Assembly (NCBI GenBank): GCA_963722825.1
Contig: CAVROI010000003.1
Location: 983,764-1,047,763 of the forward strand
Direction: 5' to 3'
From: an uncultured Gemmatimonadales bacterium
GTDB lineage: Bacteria; Gemmatimonadota; Gemmatimonadetes; Gemmatimonadales; GWC2-71-9
DNA length: 64,000 bases
Program-made: the position numbers and the translations under genes
In this document: positions 48,455-59,000 of the stretch, one piece after another
How positions within the stretch are numbered: the stretch's first letter is position 1
Layout: every line of letters begins with the position of its first letter
The notes under the pieces: generated by a model
Told to the model about the DNA's origin: nothing
Database searches by the model: none
What the model saw: the letters and a program-made list of their open reading frames with translations, nothing else

Positions 48455-49621
48455 ATGCGACCCGTCACCCGAGGTGACATGCTGGCCGGCGTCCTGCTCA
48501 CGATCATGACGGGGGGCTGCTCCGATAGTACGTCGCCGGGGGACTCCCGGGACGTCTTCCGCCAGGTGTCGGTGGGGGCGGCCCGCGTCTGCGCCGTGGT
48601 AGAGACCGGGCGCGGTTACTGCTGGGGGCGGACGTTCGATTTTGTCGGCTCCGATTCAGTACCGACGGCCTTTGGCGGCAACTGGAGGTTTCGTCAGCTC
48701 CGCGCGGCCGGCGGCCCCTTCGGAAGCTACGCCTGTGGGCTCACGGGCTCCGCCACCGTCTGTCAGGGCTACGTTACGGTCAACACCGACATGGGCGTGC
48801 CCATCAGCCAGGAGCCGGCCGAGCTCGAGAACGATGTCCTCATGGCGACTCTCGGCGCGGGCGACACCCACTTCTGCGGTCTGGACCCCACCGGTGCGGC
48901 CTGGTGCTGGGGCGACCTGAACGAGGGCGTGCGCGGCACCGGGCAGCCGGAAAGCGATTGGAGCCTCCAACCGAACGCCGTCGCCGGCGGCCTCACCTTC
49001 ACCAGCATCGGCGCGGGCTCCCTGCACACCTGTGGCGGGACCGCGGATGGCGGGGTCTACTGCTGGGGAGTGGGCGCGTACCTCGGCGCGCCCTCCGCGG
49101 CCATCGACTCGAGCACCGACACCTGCTTCCTCATCGCGCCGTGCGCCCATGGTCCGGTGCGGACCGAGCTCACGGCGACGGCCCGCGAGGTCGTCGCGGG
49201 CGAAAGCGCCAGCTGCGCGATCACCGACGCGGCGGAGCTCTGGTGCTGGGGTGACCCATTCGACGGATCGCCGCCGGGTGGAGCGCCGCGCCACGTCGCC
49301 ATCCCGGGCGCCGTGGCCTCGGTGGCGCTGGGCCAGAGCCACGCCTGCGCCCTCACCACGGAGGGGCTCGTCTACTGCTATGGAAAGAACGATGCCGGAC
49401 AACTCGGGGTAGAAATCTTTCCCGGCTACCAGGACACCCCCGTGCTGGCGGCCAACGGCCGGCGGTTCGCCGCGATTTCGGCCGGCGGCTCGACCACCTG
49501 CGGCCTGACCGATGGCGGCGTGCTCTATTGCTGGGGCAATAACGAATCGGGGCAGCTTGGCGTGGGGAGCCGCGAGTCCAGCGCTTTCCCGCTGCGTGTG
49601 CTCCTGCCCGACGCGTCGTAG
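48455..49621 (+). CDS. RCC1-repeat lipoprotein
   Basis: Lipobox LLTIMTGGCSD. Repeated xCWGxxxxGxxG motifs (YCWGRTF, WCWGDLNEG, YCWGVGAYLG, WCWGDPFDG, YCYGKNDAGQLG, YCWGNNESGQLG). Confidence 0.8.
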   Translation: MRPVTRGDMLAGVLLTIMTGGCSDSTSPGDSRDVFRQVSVGAARVCAVVETGRGYCWGRTFDFVGSDSVPTAFGGNWRFRQLRAAGGPFGSYACGLTGSATVCQGYVTVNTDMGVPISQEPAELENDVLMATLGAGDTHFCGLDPTGAAWCWGDLNEGVRGTGQPESDWSLQPNAVAGGLTFTSIGAGSLHTCGGTADGGVYCWGVGAYLGAPSAAIDSSTDTCFLIAPCAHGPVRTELTATAREVVAGESASCAITDAAELWCWGDPFDGSPPGGAPRHVAIPGAVASVALGQSHACALTTEGLVYCYGKNDAGQLGVEIFPGYQDTPVLAANGRRFAAISAGGSTTCGLTDGGVLYCWGNNESGQLGVGSRESSAFPLRVLLPDAS

Positions 49622-49654
49622 GAGCCGAGGTTCCGGGATCTCAGTCGGCCGGCG

Positions 49655-50083
49655 CTAGGGAAGCGGGATGAGATCGGGCTCGACCCAGTCGGCTCGCGCG
49701 GCAGGAGACATGAGCCGCCTCTCGCTGTAATGCCGCAGCGGCAACTTCTTCTCACCGTGCCCCTCGAATAACCGATTGGCGCGGCCAGCCCAGCCGCCGA
49801 CGGGCTCCTCCTCGAGAAATCTTCCGACGATCCGCATGTAGAACCGGGTGATGGTCTCGTGGTACCCGCTGGTGGGGGTGCTCACGATGCCGAGCGCCTC
49901 GTTGAGCCGAAGAATTCCCCGGCGCATGGTGTCGAGTGCCGCGTCGCGCTCGAGGTGCGCCGCATACCAGAGGGCCACGGTGAGGTGGGCCCGGTGGTTC
50001 CACCTGGCGCGCGGCAAAGTGCAGGCCTCGAATTCTCTCACGAGATCCTCCACCTCGGCATCGCTCGCGAATGGGCGCTCCAT
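49655..50083 (-). CDS. hypothetical protein (142 aa)
   Basis: ATG 50083 (MERPFASDAEVEDLV...). The upstream part of ORF 49655..50554 is a shadow of the EamA gene. Confidence 0.5.
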   Translation of the reverse strand: MERPFASDAEVEDLVREFEACTLPRARWNHRAHLTVALWYAAHLERDAALDTMRRGILRLNEALGIVSTPTSGYHETITRFYMRIVGRFLEEEPVGGWAGRANRLFEGHGEKKLPLRHYSERRLMSPAARADWVEPDLIPLP

Positions 50084-50097
50084 TGTCGTTGGCGCGC

Positions 50098-51051
50098 TCA
50101 CGCGCTCGCCGCCCGGCGCCGCGCGCCCTCCACGGTGTCGGGCCGTCGCTCCTCCGCCACCTGAGCGGAGGGCGAGGAGAGCTGGATCCACAACACCGCT
50201 CCCAGGATCAGCGCCATCGCCGACAGCGTCCGCGCGGTGACCTGCTCGTGCAGGACGAGCCAGCCGAGCAGGACGGCGACGACCGGATTCACATAGGCAA
50301 AGGTTCCGACCACCGTGGCCGACGCGTTGCGGAGCGCGTAGCCGAAGGCGGTGTACCCGACGATCGACCCGAAGACGATGAGGTACGACAGCGCGCCCAG
50401 CCCCGTCGGGGTGATGTGCCACAGGTGGCGCTCGCCGAAGGCGAGTCCCAGGATCAGGAGCAGCGCGCCCGCGACGGCCATCTGCACCGCCGCCGCGGCA
50501 TAGGGTGACGTGGCGGTGGGATGCCGCTTCGAGTACACCGATCCCATGGCCCACGAGGCCGCCGCGAGCGTGAGGGCGATCGGGCCCTGCATCTCATTCG
50601 AAAGGAGCTGCCCCGGCGTCACTCCCGAGAGGAGGCCGATGCCCAGGAATCCCAGCAGGAGCCCCAAACCCATTCGCCAGTTGAGCCTGGTCTTTCCCCC
50701 GGGCACCACTGCGTCGAAGAAGGCCGTCCAGAGCGGACCGGCCGCGACGTAGACGCTCGCCGGGCCCGACTCGACGGTCTTTTCCGCCCACACCACGATG
50801 GCGTTGCCACCGATGAGCAGGAAGCAGCCCACGATGGCGAGCGTCAGCCAATCGCGCCCGGTGCGGGGCAGCTCGCCACCGGTGGCGAGGACTCCGGCCC
50901 CGAGCACGATGCCCGCGGTGAGGAACCGCGAGCCGGCGAACAGGAACGGCGGCAGATCCTGCACGCCGATGCGGATGGCGAGGTAGGTGGAGCCCCACAC
51001 CACGCACACGATGAGATAGGCGATGAGCGCGCGCCCGCGGAGGCCGGCCAT
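50098..51051 (-). CDS. EamA/DMT-family transporter
   Basis: ATG 51051. Ten hydrophobic helices, duplicated EamA-like halves (VWGSTYLAIR..., SYLIVFGSIVGYTAFGYALR). Confidence 0.85.
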   Translation of the reverse strand: MAGLRGRALIAYLIVCVVWGSTYLAIRIGVQDLPPFLFAGSRFLTAGIVLGAGVLATGGELPRTGRDWLTLAIVGCFLLIGGNAIVVWAEKTVESGPASVYVAAGPLWTAFFDAVVPGGKTRLNWRMGLGLLLGFLGIGLLSGVTPGQLLSNEMQGPIALTLAAASWAMGSVYSKRHPTATSPYAAAAVQMAVAGALLLILGLAFGERHLWHITPTGLGALSYLIVFGSIVGYTAFGYALRNASATVVGTFAYVNPVVAVLLGWLVLHEQVTARTLSAMALILGAVLWIQLSSPSAQVAEERRPDTVEGARRRAASA

Positions 51052-51052
51052 G

Positions 51053-51535
51053 CTACGCCTCCGCGCTCGGCGCGATGCCGGGCTTCTCGAAGACCGAGGA
51101 GAGGACGATCGTGGTGCGCGTGCTGACCGGCTGACCCGCGCCGCGGAGCTGCCGGATGACGCGCTCGAGCTCCAGAAGCGACGGTGCCGCGACCTTGAGG
51201 ATGTAGCAGTCCTCTCCGGCGACGTGGTGGCACTCGAGGACGCTCGGGTTGTCGGCCAGCGCCTCGACACCCGGCTCGGTTCCGGCGACACCGGTCGGCG
51301 GGTAGCGCACGGCGATGAACGCGGTGACCGGATACCCCACCTTGGCGCGATCGAGCCGGGCCACATACCCGAGGATGTAGCCGCCCTCCTCCAGCCGCTT
51401 GACCCGCTCCATGACGGCCGGCCTCGACAGGCCCACGTCGTCGGCGATGGCCTGATAGCTGGCGCGGCCGTCGGAGGCGAGGATCTGGAGGATGCGCCGG
51501 GAGATGGGGTCGAGGGGGGCTGAGACGGGGTTCAC
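51053..51535 (-). CDS. Lrp/AsnC-family transcriptional regulator
   Basis: LDPISRRILQILASDGRASYQAIADDVGLSRPAVMERVKRLEE plus a C-terminal RAM-like domain. Confidence 0.85.
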   Translation of the reverse strand: MNPVSAPLDPISRRILQILASDGRASYQAIADDVGLSRPAVMERVKRLEEGGYILGYVARLDRAKVGYPVTAFIAVRYPPTGVAGTEPGVEALADNPSVLECHHVAGEDCYILKVAAPSLLELERVIRQLRGAGQPVSTRTTIVLSSVFEKPGIAPSAEA

Positions 51536-51659
51536 GGAGGGCTCCTATTACAGTTGGTAGCCCCAGTATATTGATTTCCTACTATTCGTCAATACCGGAA
51601 GTGGCTGTCAAACTATTAGCAGGAGTATGTACTTGACGCACGGGGAAGGCCAGGGCCGG

Positions 51660-51827
51660 CTATCGGCCGCCCCGGCCCTTCTTGTTCGGTGGCTTGGGCC
51701 AACTGCCCTTCGGGGAAGGCTTCTTGAACGTCTTGCCGGCGTGCTCGCCCCATTGCCCTGGCGGGATTGGCGTGTCCGGCTTCGGGCCCCGCTTGCGGGG
51801 TGGATTGTTCTTGGCTCGCGTTCCCAT
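51660..51827 (-). CDS. possible small basic Lys/Pro/Gly-rich protein (55 aa)
   Basis: ATG 51827, two nt after the peptidase stop codon. MGTRAKNNPPRKRGPKPDTP... Authenticity uncertain. Confidence 0.25.
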   Translation of the reverse strand: MGTRAKNNPPRKRGPKPDTPIPPGQWGEHAGKTFKKPSPKGSWPKPPNKKGRGGR

Positions 51828-51829
51828 CT

Positions 51830-54115
51830 CTAGCGCCCTCCGGCCGGCAGGTTCTGCTCGAGGTACCGGGTCAGCAGCGAATGAAGGTGCAGTCCCGTTC
51901 CGGTGCCCTCGCAAATGCAGTGCGTCCGGTTCGGGTAAACCATCAGCGTAAACGGCCGATTGGCCGCGACGAGCGCGTTGATCAGCCGCTCGGTACCCTG
52001 GAAGTGCACGTTGTCGTCGCCCGAGCCGTGAACTACGAGCAGATTGCCGCGCAGGCTGTCGGCGAAGAAGAGCGGTGATCCATCGTGGTACGCCGCCTCG
52101 TTTTCCTGCGGCAAGCCCATGTACCGCTCCTGGTAGATCGTGTCGTACAGCCGCTCGTCCGGCACCGGCGCCACCGACATGCCGGTTCGATAGATATCGG
52201 GATACCGGAACATCACGTTCAGCGTCGTCGAGCCACCGCCGCTCCATCCCCAGACGCCGATCCGGGTGGAGTCCACCCACGGCAATCGGCGCATCGCCCG
52301 GGCGGCCGCCGCCTGGTCGGCGGAGTTGACGAGCCCGATCTTCTTGTAGATCGCCTTCCGGAACGCGCGCCCCCTGGGCGAGGGCGTGCCGCGGTTGTCC
52401 ACGCTCGCGACGACGTACCCCTGCTGGGTCAGCATCAGGTGCCAGAGGTAATCACCGCCGGCCCACTGGTCGAGGACCGTTTGGCCGGCCGGCTCGCCGT
52501 AGACGTGATAGACGACGGGATAGCGCTTCGTCGAGTCGAACCCCGGCGGCTTCATGACCCACGCGTCGAGGCCGAGCCCGCCGCCCACGTCCACCTTCAT
52601 GAACCCGGCAGGTCCTTTCCGGAGCCCGGCGACGGCATCGCGAAGGCCGCGGTTTGCGACGATCGTCCGGACGCTCTGGTGCTTCGGCAGACGGACCACG
52701 TCGATCACGGGCGGCGTGCCGAACCTGGAGTAGTTGTGGAACGCCCACCGCCCGTCACTGGAGATTTGATACAGGTGATAGCCCGGCTGATCCCGGGGCG
52801 TGACCCGCTCCTGCTTTCCCTTCCCGTCGAGACGACTGCGGTAGAGATAAAGCTGTGTCGCGTTATCCGGTGATGCGGTGTAGTAGATCCATCCCGCCGC
52901 CGAATCCACGCCGACGACGAAGGTCTGGCCAAAGGCGCTTCCCGGGTTGTGGAGGTCGAATGCGCCCGGCGTCACCAGCCGGGACTTCGAGCCGTCCCGC
53001 GAGATCACGTAGAGATGCCGCCAGCCGTCCCGCTCGCTGATCCAGAGAAAACTCTTTCCGCCGTCGATCCACTGGAGGTCATCCACCACGTCCACCCACG
53101 CACTGTCGCGCTCGGTATGGATGGTGCGGGTCTTACCCGTGGTCGCGTCACCCAGCATCACATCGATCGTGTTCTGCGCGCGGTTCAGATGCTCCAGCAC
53201 GACCTCGTCCGAGTTGGCCGCCCACTCCAGCCGGGCGATGTAGTTGTTTCGCGGGTCGCCGGGGACGTCGAGCCAGCGTGGCTCTCCCGTTCCGTCCGCG
53301 CTCACCACACCGACTCGCGCGGCGGAGTTGGTGGTGCCCGCCTTGGGATACTGCACCGGGACGGTGAACGAGTAGAGCGAGTCGGTGTCGTCGATCAGCA
53401 GAAAGTCCTTCACCCCTGAAGCGTCGAGCTGCCAGAACGCGATCCGCCGGCCGTCGGGACTCCAGCGGAAGCCGTCGCGCAGATTGAGCTCTTCCTCGTA
53501 GACCCAGTCGAAGGTGCCGTTGATGATGGTCCGCGAGCCGTCGCGGGTCAGCTGGGTGATGCGGCCGTCGGCGAGGTCTTCGACATACAGATTGTGCTCC
53601 CGCACGTACGCCACGCGGCCGCCGTCGGGCGAGAACTTGGCGAACATGAGCGTGGACGGCGCGGCGCTCGGCCCGCCGAGCTTGCAGAGCTGCCAGGAGG
53701 AGAGATCGAGCGACCAGAAGTCGCCGCGGGTGTTCTGCCGCCAGACCTTCTTTGAGTTCGTGAAGAGCAGGAGCCGCTTTCTGTCGGGAGAGACGCTGTA
53801 GTCCTCGATCCGAAGCGGCGCCGAGTCACCCGGCGGCACGAGGCGGGCGGCGGGCACCCAGACCTCGCGCCGCCCGCTCGCGGCGTCGTATCGGACGAGG
53901 ATCCGGGCGCCCTTGCTCGCGCTGTCGGGCTCGAGGCGGGTGTAGGCGGCCTCGCCGTCGAGCCAGCGCGCCCCGCCGAGGCGCTCGGGCGTGAACTCCT
54001 GGGATGCGAAGATGCGGTCGAGCGTGAGGAGCGACGAATCGCTCTGGGCGCGCAGCGGCGCCGCACAAGACAGCGCCAGCGCGGCGGCGCCGATGAGATG
54101 TCGGAGGATTGGCAT
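51830..54115 (-). CDS. dipeptidyl-peptidase IV-type S9B serine peptidase
   Basis: Signal peptide, DPP-IV N-terminal propeller region, catalytic GWSGGG, HGSGDDNVH. Confidence 0.9.
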   Translation of the reverse strand: MPILRHLIGAAALALSCAAPLRAQSDSSLLTLDRIFASQEFTPERLGGARWLDGEAAYTRLEPDSASKGARILVRYDAASGRREVWVPAARLVPPGDSAPLRIEDYSVSPDRKRLLLFTNSKKVWRQNTRGDFWSLDLSSWQLCKLGGPSAAPSTLMFAKFSPDGGRVAYVREHNLYVEDLADGRITQLTRDGSRTIINGTFDWVYEEELNLRDGFRWSPDGRRIAFWQLDASGVKDFLLIDDTDSLYSFTVPVQYPKAGTTNSAARVGVVSADGTGEPRWLDVPGDPRNNYIARLEWAANSDEVVLEHLNRAQNTIDVMLGDATTGKTRTIHTERDSAWVDVVDDLQWIDGGKSFLWISERDGWRHLYVISRDGSKSRLVTPGAFDLHNPGSAFGQTFVVGVDSAAGWIYYTASPDNATQLYLYRSRLDGKGKQERVTPRDQPGYHLYQISSDGRWAFHNYSRFGTPPVIDVVRLPKHQSVRTIVANRGLRDAVAGLRKGPAGFMKVDVGGGLGLDAWVMKPPGFDSTKRYPVVYHVYGEPAGQTVLDQWAGGDYLWHLMLTQQGYVVASVDNRGTPSPRGRAFRKAIYKKIGLVNSADQAAAARAMRRLPWVDSTRIGVWGWSGGGSTTLNVMFRYPDIYRTGMSVAPVPDERLYDTIYQERYMGLPQENEAAYHDGSPLFFADSLRGNLLVVHGSGDDNVHFQGTERLINALVAANRPFTLMVYPNRTHCICEGTGTGLHLHSLLTRYLEQNLPAGGR

Positions 54116-54187
54116 GCCTAAGGATATAGGGGAGTGATACTTGACGCACGGGGAGTGCAGGCACGGCGCTAGGAGCTTCCCTTCCGT

Positions 54188-54634
54188 TCAACTGTCGAGT
54201 GGGTCCTCCTTGTTCAGCAGCGGCAGGACGGCTGCCAGCAGCTGCTCGGGCGTGAAGGGCTCATGCAGGGTCGGCACGTTGGCAGGGAGGCCGTCGGGGA
54301 CGCCGGCGTGCTCGCTGTCCGCGTTCTTGACGTACAGGATTGGGAGGGACGGCATTTGCGCTCGGACCTGGCGGATGAGCTGCGGTCCATTCAGGCCCGG
54401 CATGTTGGTATTGGTTATCAGGAGATCGATGTTGCGCAGATGGAGGGCCAATTCGAGGGCGGAGAGCCCGTCGTACGCCCGGAACACGCAGTGGTCGGCC
54501 CGCCGCAGGGCGTCGACCATGAGGTCGAGCAGCTTAGGGTCTCTGTCGGCGACAACGATATGAGCCCCCCCATGGAGGTGTGAGTTGGGACTCAACTTGG
54601 TCCTTGGACCCGGCGAGACAGCCGGAAGTGGCAT
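54188..54634 (-). CDS. single-domain response-regulator receiver, degenerate (Asn at acceptor position)
   Basis: ATG 54634 preferred. IVVADRD..., DLLITNTNMPGLNG (CheY has D at the first N), HEPF where KPF is expected. Confidence 0.7.
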   Translation of the reverse strand: MPLPAVSPGPRTKLSPNSHLHGGAHIVVADRDPKLLDLMVDALRRADHCVFRAYDGLSALELALHLRNIDLLITNTNMPGLNGPQLIRQVRAQMPSLPILYVKNADSEHAGVPDGLPANVPTLHEPFTPEQLLAAVLPLLNKEDPLDS

Positions 54635-54742
54635 GAAGAGGGAGGAACCGCTGCAGTAAATGTACCGCCTCGGCCCCCGAGGCGGTACCCCGAGTGGCCC
54701 GAACATGTGACGGATGGCCGCAACACATATCCACATCTCCAC

Positions 54743-55441
54743 TCACTCAATGTCCGTGGCCGGGGACCCCATGTCCATGACGGCCATCTCCTGCCCCTGG
54801 GGGAACGTCCTGGTGAGATCGTTTCCCGCGTCGATCATGACGTGAATCATGTATCGCGACTCGGCGCGGAATCGGCCCCCTGCCGTCTCACAAGCCTTGG
54901 CGGTGGTGGCGTTCGGGAATCGCCTGAACGAGCCCCGGTAGGCCGAGATGCATACGTTGAGGTGCCGGTGCCAATGAGCCACGCTCAGTGGGATCATCGC
55001 GTCGAGGCTATCCAGGCTGGCGGGAAGAGGCGCTACGTACATGGCCCCGGCGAGCTGCATACGACCATCGCCCCCTCGGCGGTAGAGGAGCGCCTGGGGC
55101 GCCGACGGGTCGAACGGCTGCACCGCGTCTTTCTGCCGCACCCCTCTTCCCATGTGCAGCAGCTGTCCCTCCATGACCGTTCCGGAATCCCTGCGCGCGC
55201 GGAATCCCGCCGCCGTTGCCGCCTCGAGGGTCTGATAGGGTGCGATGGCCGTACGCAGCCTGGCGACGACTGCCAGCGCGCGGGCCGTGTCGGCCGCGGT
55301 GCCGGGACGGGTAGCGGTAAGGCTCATATGCGGGTGCGCCATGGCCGGCGGGCCGGCCTGCGCGACCGCTACCCTGGCAATGCCGCAGAGAGGGACAAGA
55401 ACGAGGAGTGCCGAATTGAGGCGCACGAGGACGCGGCGCAT
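54743..55441 (-). CDS. hypothetical secreted protein
   Basis: ATG 55441. Signal LLVLVPLCGIARVAVAQA. His-rich segments (VAHWHRH). No domain recognised. Confidence 0.5.
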   Translation of the reverse strand: MRRVLVRLNSALLVLVPLCGIARVAVAQAGPPAMAHPHMSLTATRPGTAADTARALAVVARLRTAIAPYQTLEAATAAGFRARRDSGTVMEGQLLHMGRGVRQKDAVQPFDPSAPQALLYRRGGDGRMQLAGAMYVAPLPASLDSLDAMIPLSVAHWHRHLNVCISAYRGSFRRFPNATTAKACETAGGRFRAESRYMIHVMIDAGNDLTRTFPQGQEMAVMDMGSPATDIE

Positions 55442-55532
55442 TTGCTGCCTCCGATGTTTGCCTGGCGAAGTGAATGAGACTCGACTCGCCTGAAGGGACG
55501 CGAACACGGGGGCGGTGTTAAGGCGCCTGGAC

Positions 55533-55985
55533 TCAGTCCATGATTTTGTGGATGTCGTACTGCATGCCGTGTCCCTCGAGCAGACCGACGTATTCGGCGT
55601 AGAACGCGCGATCCCGGTGGTGCACCTCCTGTTCCCGGATATAGGCCTGGACCGCCGAATCTTCCCTGGGTGTGACGCTGAATGCCGCGTATCCGGCTTG
55701 CCACCTGAAGTCGCGCCGGTGCGGGTAGGACGCGTGGATCCAGCGCGACGTACCCGCCTTGATGGCGTGGACCAGATCGGCGAGGGAGATGGATGGCGGG
55801 TGGTCGAGATACAGATGAATGTGATCGCGCGTGCCTCCGGCGCAGACCAGCCGGGCCGACCGGCGGTCGGTGAGCGCGCTCACCTGCGCGAACAGACGGG
55901 GGCGCCATTCGGGGTCGAGCCAGGGGCGCCGCCGGTGGGTGCTCCAGAGCAGGTGGATCCGAACCACGGTGAGCGCTTCCGACAT
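55533..55985 (-). mobile_element. IS200/IS605-type Y1 (HUH) transposase-like gene, solitary (RAYT-like)
   Basis: 150 aa. HUH motif DHIHLYL; Tyr-containing WQAGYAAFSV. No partner tnpB and no recognisable terminal hairpins. Confidence 0.7.
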
Positions 55986-56085
55986 CGTTGGGTTCCTTCC
56001 TTCGGCTCTGCCGACACCTGCCCGCCGCGCGGCCGTATGGTAGATCGGCGCCCATCCCGGCGCATCACCCCGGGCGTGCGCGGCG

Positions 56086-59000
56086 GTGCCGGATCGCTCC
56101 GGCCGCGCCTATGTTTCCGGCCGTTGTCGCCTCGCCGTGGTCACCCTCACCGCCGAGTCGTCCGTGATTCTGCCGGCCCTCCTCGCGCTCCAGCAGGCTG
56201 TCGCTCCCGATCCGAAGGCGCCCTATTGGCAGCAGGAAGTGGCCTACGAGATCACCGCCCGGCTCGACGAGCCGAAGGGTGTCCTGAGCGGCGCCGAGCG
56301 GGTCCGCTATCTCAACCGCTCGCCCGACACGCTGCGCACGTTCTCCCTTCATCTCTATCTCAACGCCTTCCGTCCGGGCTCGCGCTGGGCCGACGCGGAT
56401 TCGGTCGAGGGCAAGCGCCGGTTCAACGATCTCCGCGATCCCGATTTCGCGTTCAATCACGTGCGCGACGTGCGGATCATGGGAGAAGCAGTCGAGGCCT
56501 CCTATCCCTTTGCGCCCGACAGCACCGTCGTGCGCTTCGATCTGCCGCGCCCGCTCGCCCCCGGTGACTCGATGGTGGTGGACATGGAGTGGGACGCCCG
56601 GCCGTCGACGGTGCCGCGCCGGCAGGGTCGCGCGGGGCGCCGCTTCGACTTCGCGCAATGGTATCCCAAGGTGGTGGTCTACGACCGCTTCGGATGGGAG
56701 GAGCATCCGCTCTATCCGGCGGGAGAGTTCTACGGTGAGTTCGGCACGTTCCTGGTCGACCTCGACGTGCCGGACGACCAGGTCGTCGGGGCCACCGGTG
56801 TGCCGGTGTGCGGCGATCCCGGCTGGGAGCGCGCCAATCGCGATCCCCAGCGCCCGGTCGAATATCAGCGCGACTACTACGGCGCCGCCACGCCTCCGGC
56901 GGACTCGTGCGACGGGGCCGGCGCCGGCCGCAAGCGGATCCGGTGGTACGCCGAAAACGTCCATCACTTCGCCATGTCGCTCAACCCCGAGTACCGATAC
57001 GAGGGCGGGCACTTCGGCAACGTGGCGGTACACGTGCTCTACCAGCCGGGCGACGAGAAGACGTGGGGACAGGGCGTCGCCGTGCAGCGGACCGAGGCGG
57101 CGCTCGCCTGGCTCGATCAGTTATACGGCCCGTTCGGCTGGCCCCAGATCTCCAACGTGCACCGGATCGAGGGCGGCGGTACCGAGTTTCCGATGATGAT
57201 CCACAACGGTTCCGCCGATCAGGGCCTCATCGTCCACGAGCTGGGCCACAACTACACGATGGGGCTGCTGGCGAACAACGAATGGCGCGAGGGGTGGCTG
57301 GACGAAGGGTTCACCAGTTTCCAGACCAGCTGGTTCTGGGAGGTGGCGGGCAAGCCGAGCACCTATCCGGAGGACGAGGCCGAGATCCTCCAGCTCGACC
57401 TCGACGATCTCTCCGAGCCGCCCAGCCTGGTGGCGGAGAAGTACCGCGACTTCACCTCGTACAACCTCGCGATCTACAGTCGAGGCGAGCTGTTCTTCCA
57501 CCAGCTGCGCGATATCGTGGGCGACGAAACGATGCACCGGATCCTCGGCACGTTCTACGAGCGCTGGAAGTACAAGCACGTGGACGAGGCGGCGTTCCGC
57601 GCGGTGGCGGAGGAGGTATCCGGTCAGGATCTCTCGACCCTCTTCGCCCAGTTCCTCCATACGACCGACCTCTACGATTACGCCGTGGGGCGGGTCAAGA
57701 CGCGGCGCACGGCCGCGACGCGCGAGGGGACGCCGGGATGGGTGACGAGTGTCGAGGTGAGGCGGAGGGCACCGGGCCAGATTCCGGTGGACGTCGCGGT
57801 GATCGCGGAAGGCGACACGGCCCTCGTACGCACCGATGGGCTCGCCACGCGCGAGTGGGTGGACATCGAGACGCGCACCCGGCCGCGCGAGGTCCTCGTC
57901 GATCCGCGGGTCCGCGCCCACGACTGGAACATGCTCAACAACCGGAGGCAGCTCCGGTTCTCCTGGGCACGGCTCATCGCCCCGTTTCCGGGCACCGACA
58001 TCTATTTCCACCGCTACTTCAGCACGCGGAGCCGGCGCGACCGCCTCACGATGGGTGTCCAGCCGACCGTCTGGTACAACGACGCGGGCGGTGTGACGCT
58101 GGGGATCCGAAGCCGGACGGACTACTTCGGGCGATTCGAGCAGAACGTCTCGCTGGTCAGTCAGCCGACGGGAGTGGGCACGGACAACGACGTCGGCGGA
58201 CCCGACTTCTTCCTCCGAGTCCGGAACCCCACCTTCCTCCGTGCCCCGAACCTCTCGCAGACGCTGGACGTCTTCAATGTTGAGGGCCGCTACGGCGCGC
58301 GGATCGAGGTCGAGCGCACCTCCCGCGAGCACCTGGCGTTCGGGCCCACCCGGACCAGTGGCATCGTGCTGCAGTGGGTGCACCCCGATGACTTCGATTA
58401 CCTCGATCCCGGCTACTACGAGAATGTGGGGACCGTGGAGCTGGCGCTCACCCGGGGAATCACGACCAGGAGTGGGGCGTGGCAGCTGGCCGCCCGCTCG
58501 TCCGTGGGAGGCGGCCTGGCGTACAACCGCAACGGCCTCGCGGCGAGCGGCCGCGCGGACCTCGATCCGTTCTACTTCCATGGTACCGTGGAAGGCTCGG
58601 CAAAGCGCGCGCTCGGGCGCTACTTCCGGTTCGGCGCGCGACTCTACGCAGGCGTCGGAGCGGGAAACGATGAGGCGCCCAAGCAGCGACAGATCTACCT
58701 GCAGGGCGCCGACCCGCTGGAGCAGCTGGCCAACCCGTTCCTGCGGTCGCGGGGCGCGCTGCTGGTGGGTGATGACTTCCGTTATCAGATGCCCGGTGGG
58801 GCGGGACTCCGGGGGATCGATCCGCGGGTCTCCACCGCTTCCGTGGTGGCGCTCAATCTCGAGCTCGAGCGGACGATGGTGACGAGGCGGAAGGCGCGGC
58901 TGTTCAACCGCATTGCCGTCGCGGCCTTCACCGATCTGGCGCAGGCGATCGGCGGATCGGCTCAGCCGCTCATCGGCGACCGGATCCGGTTCCTCGCCGA

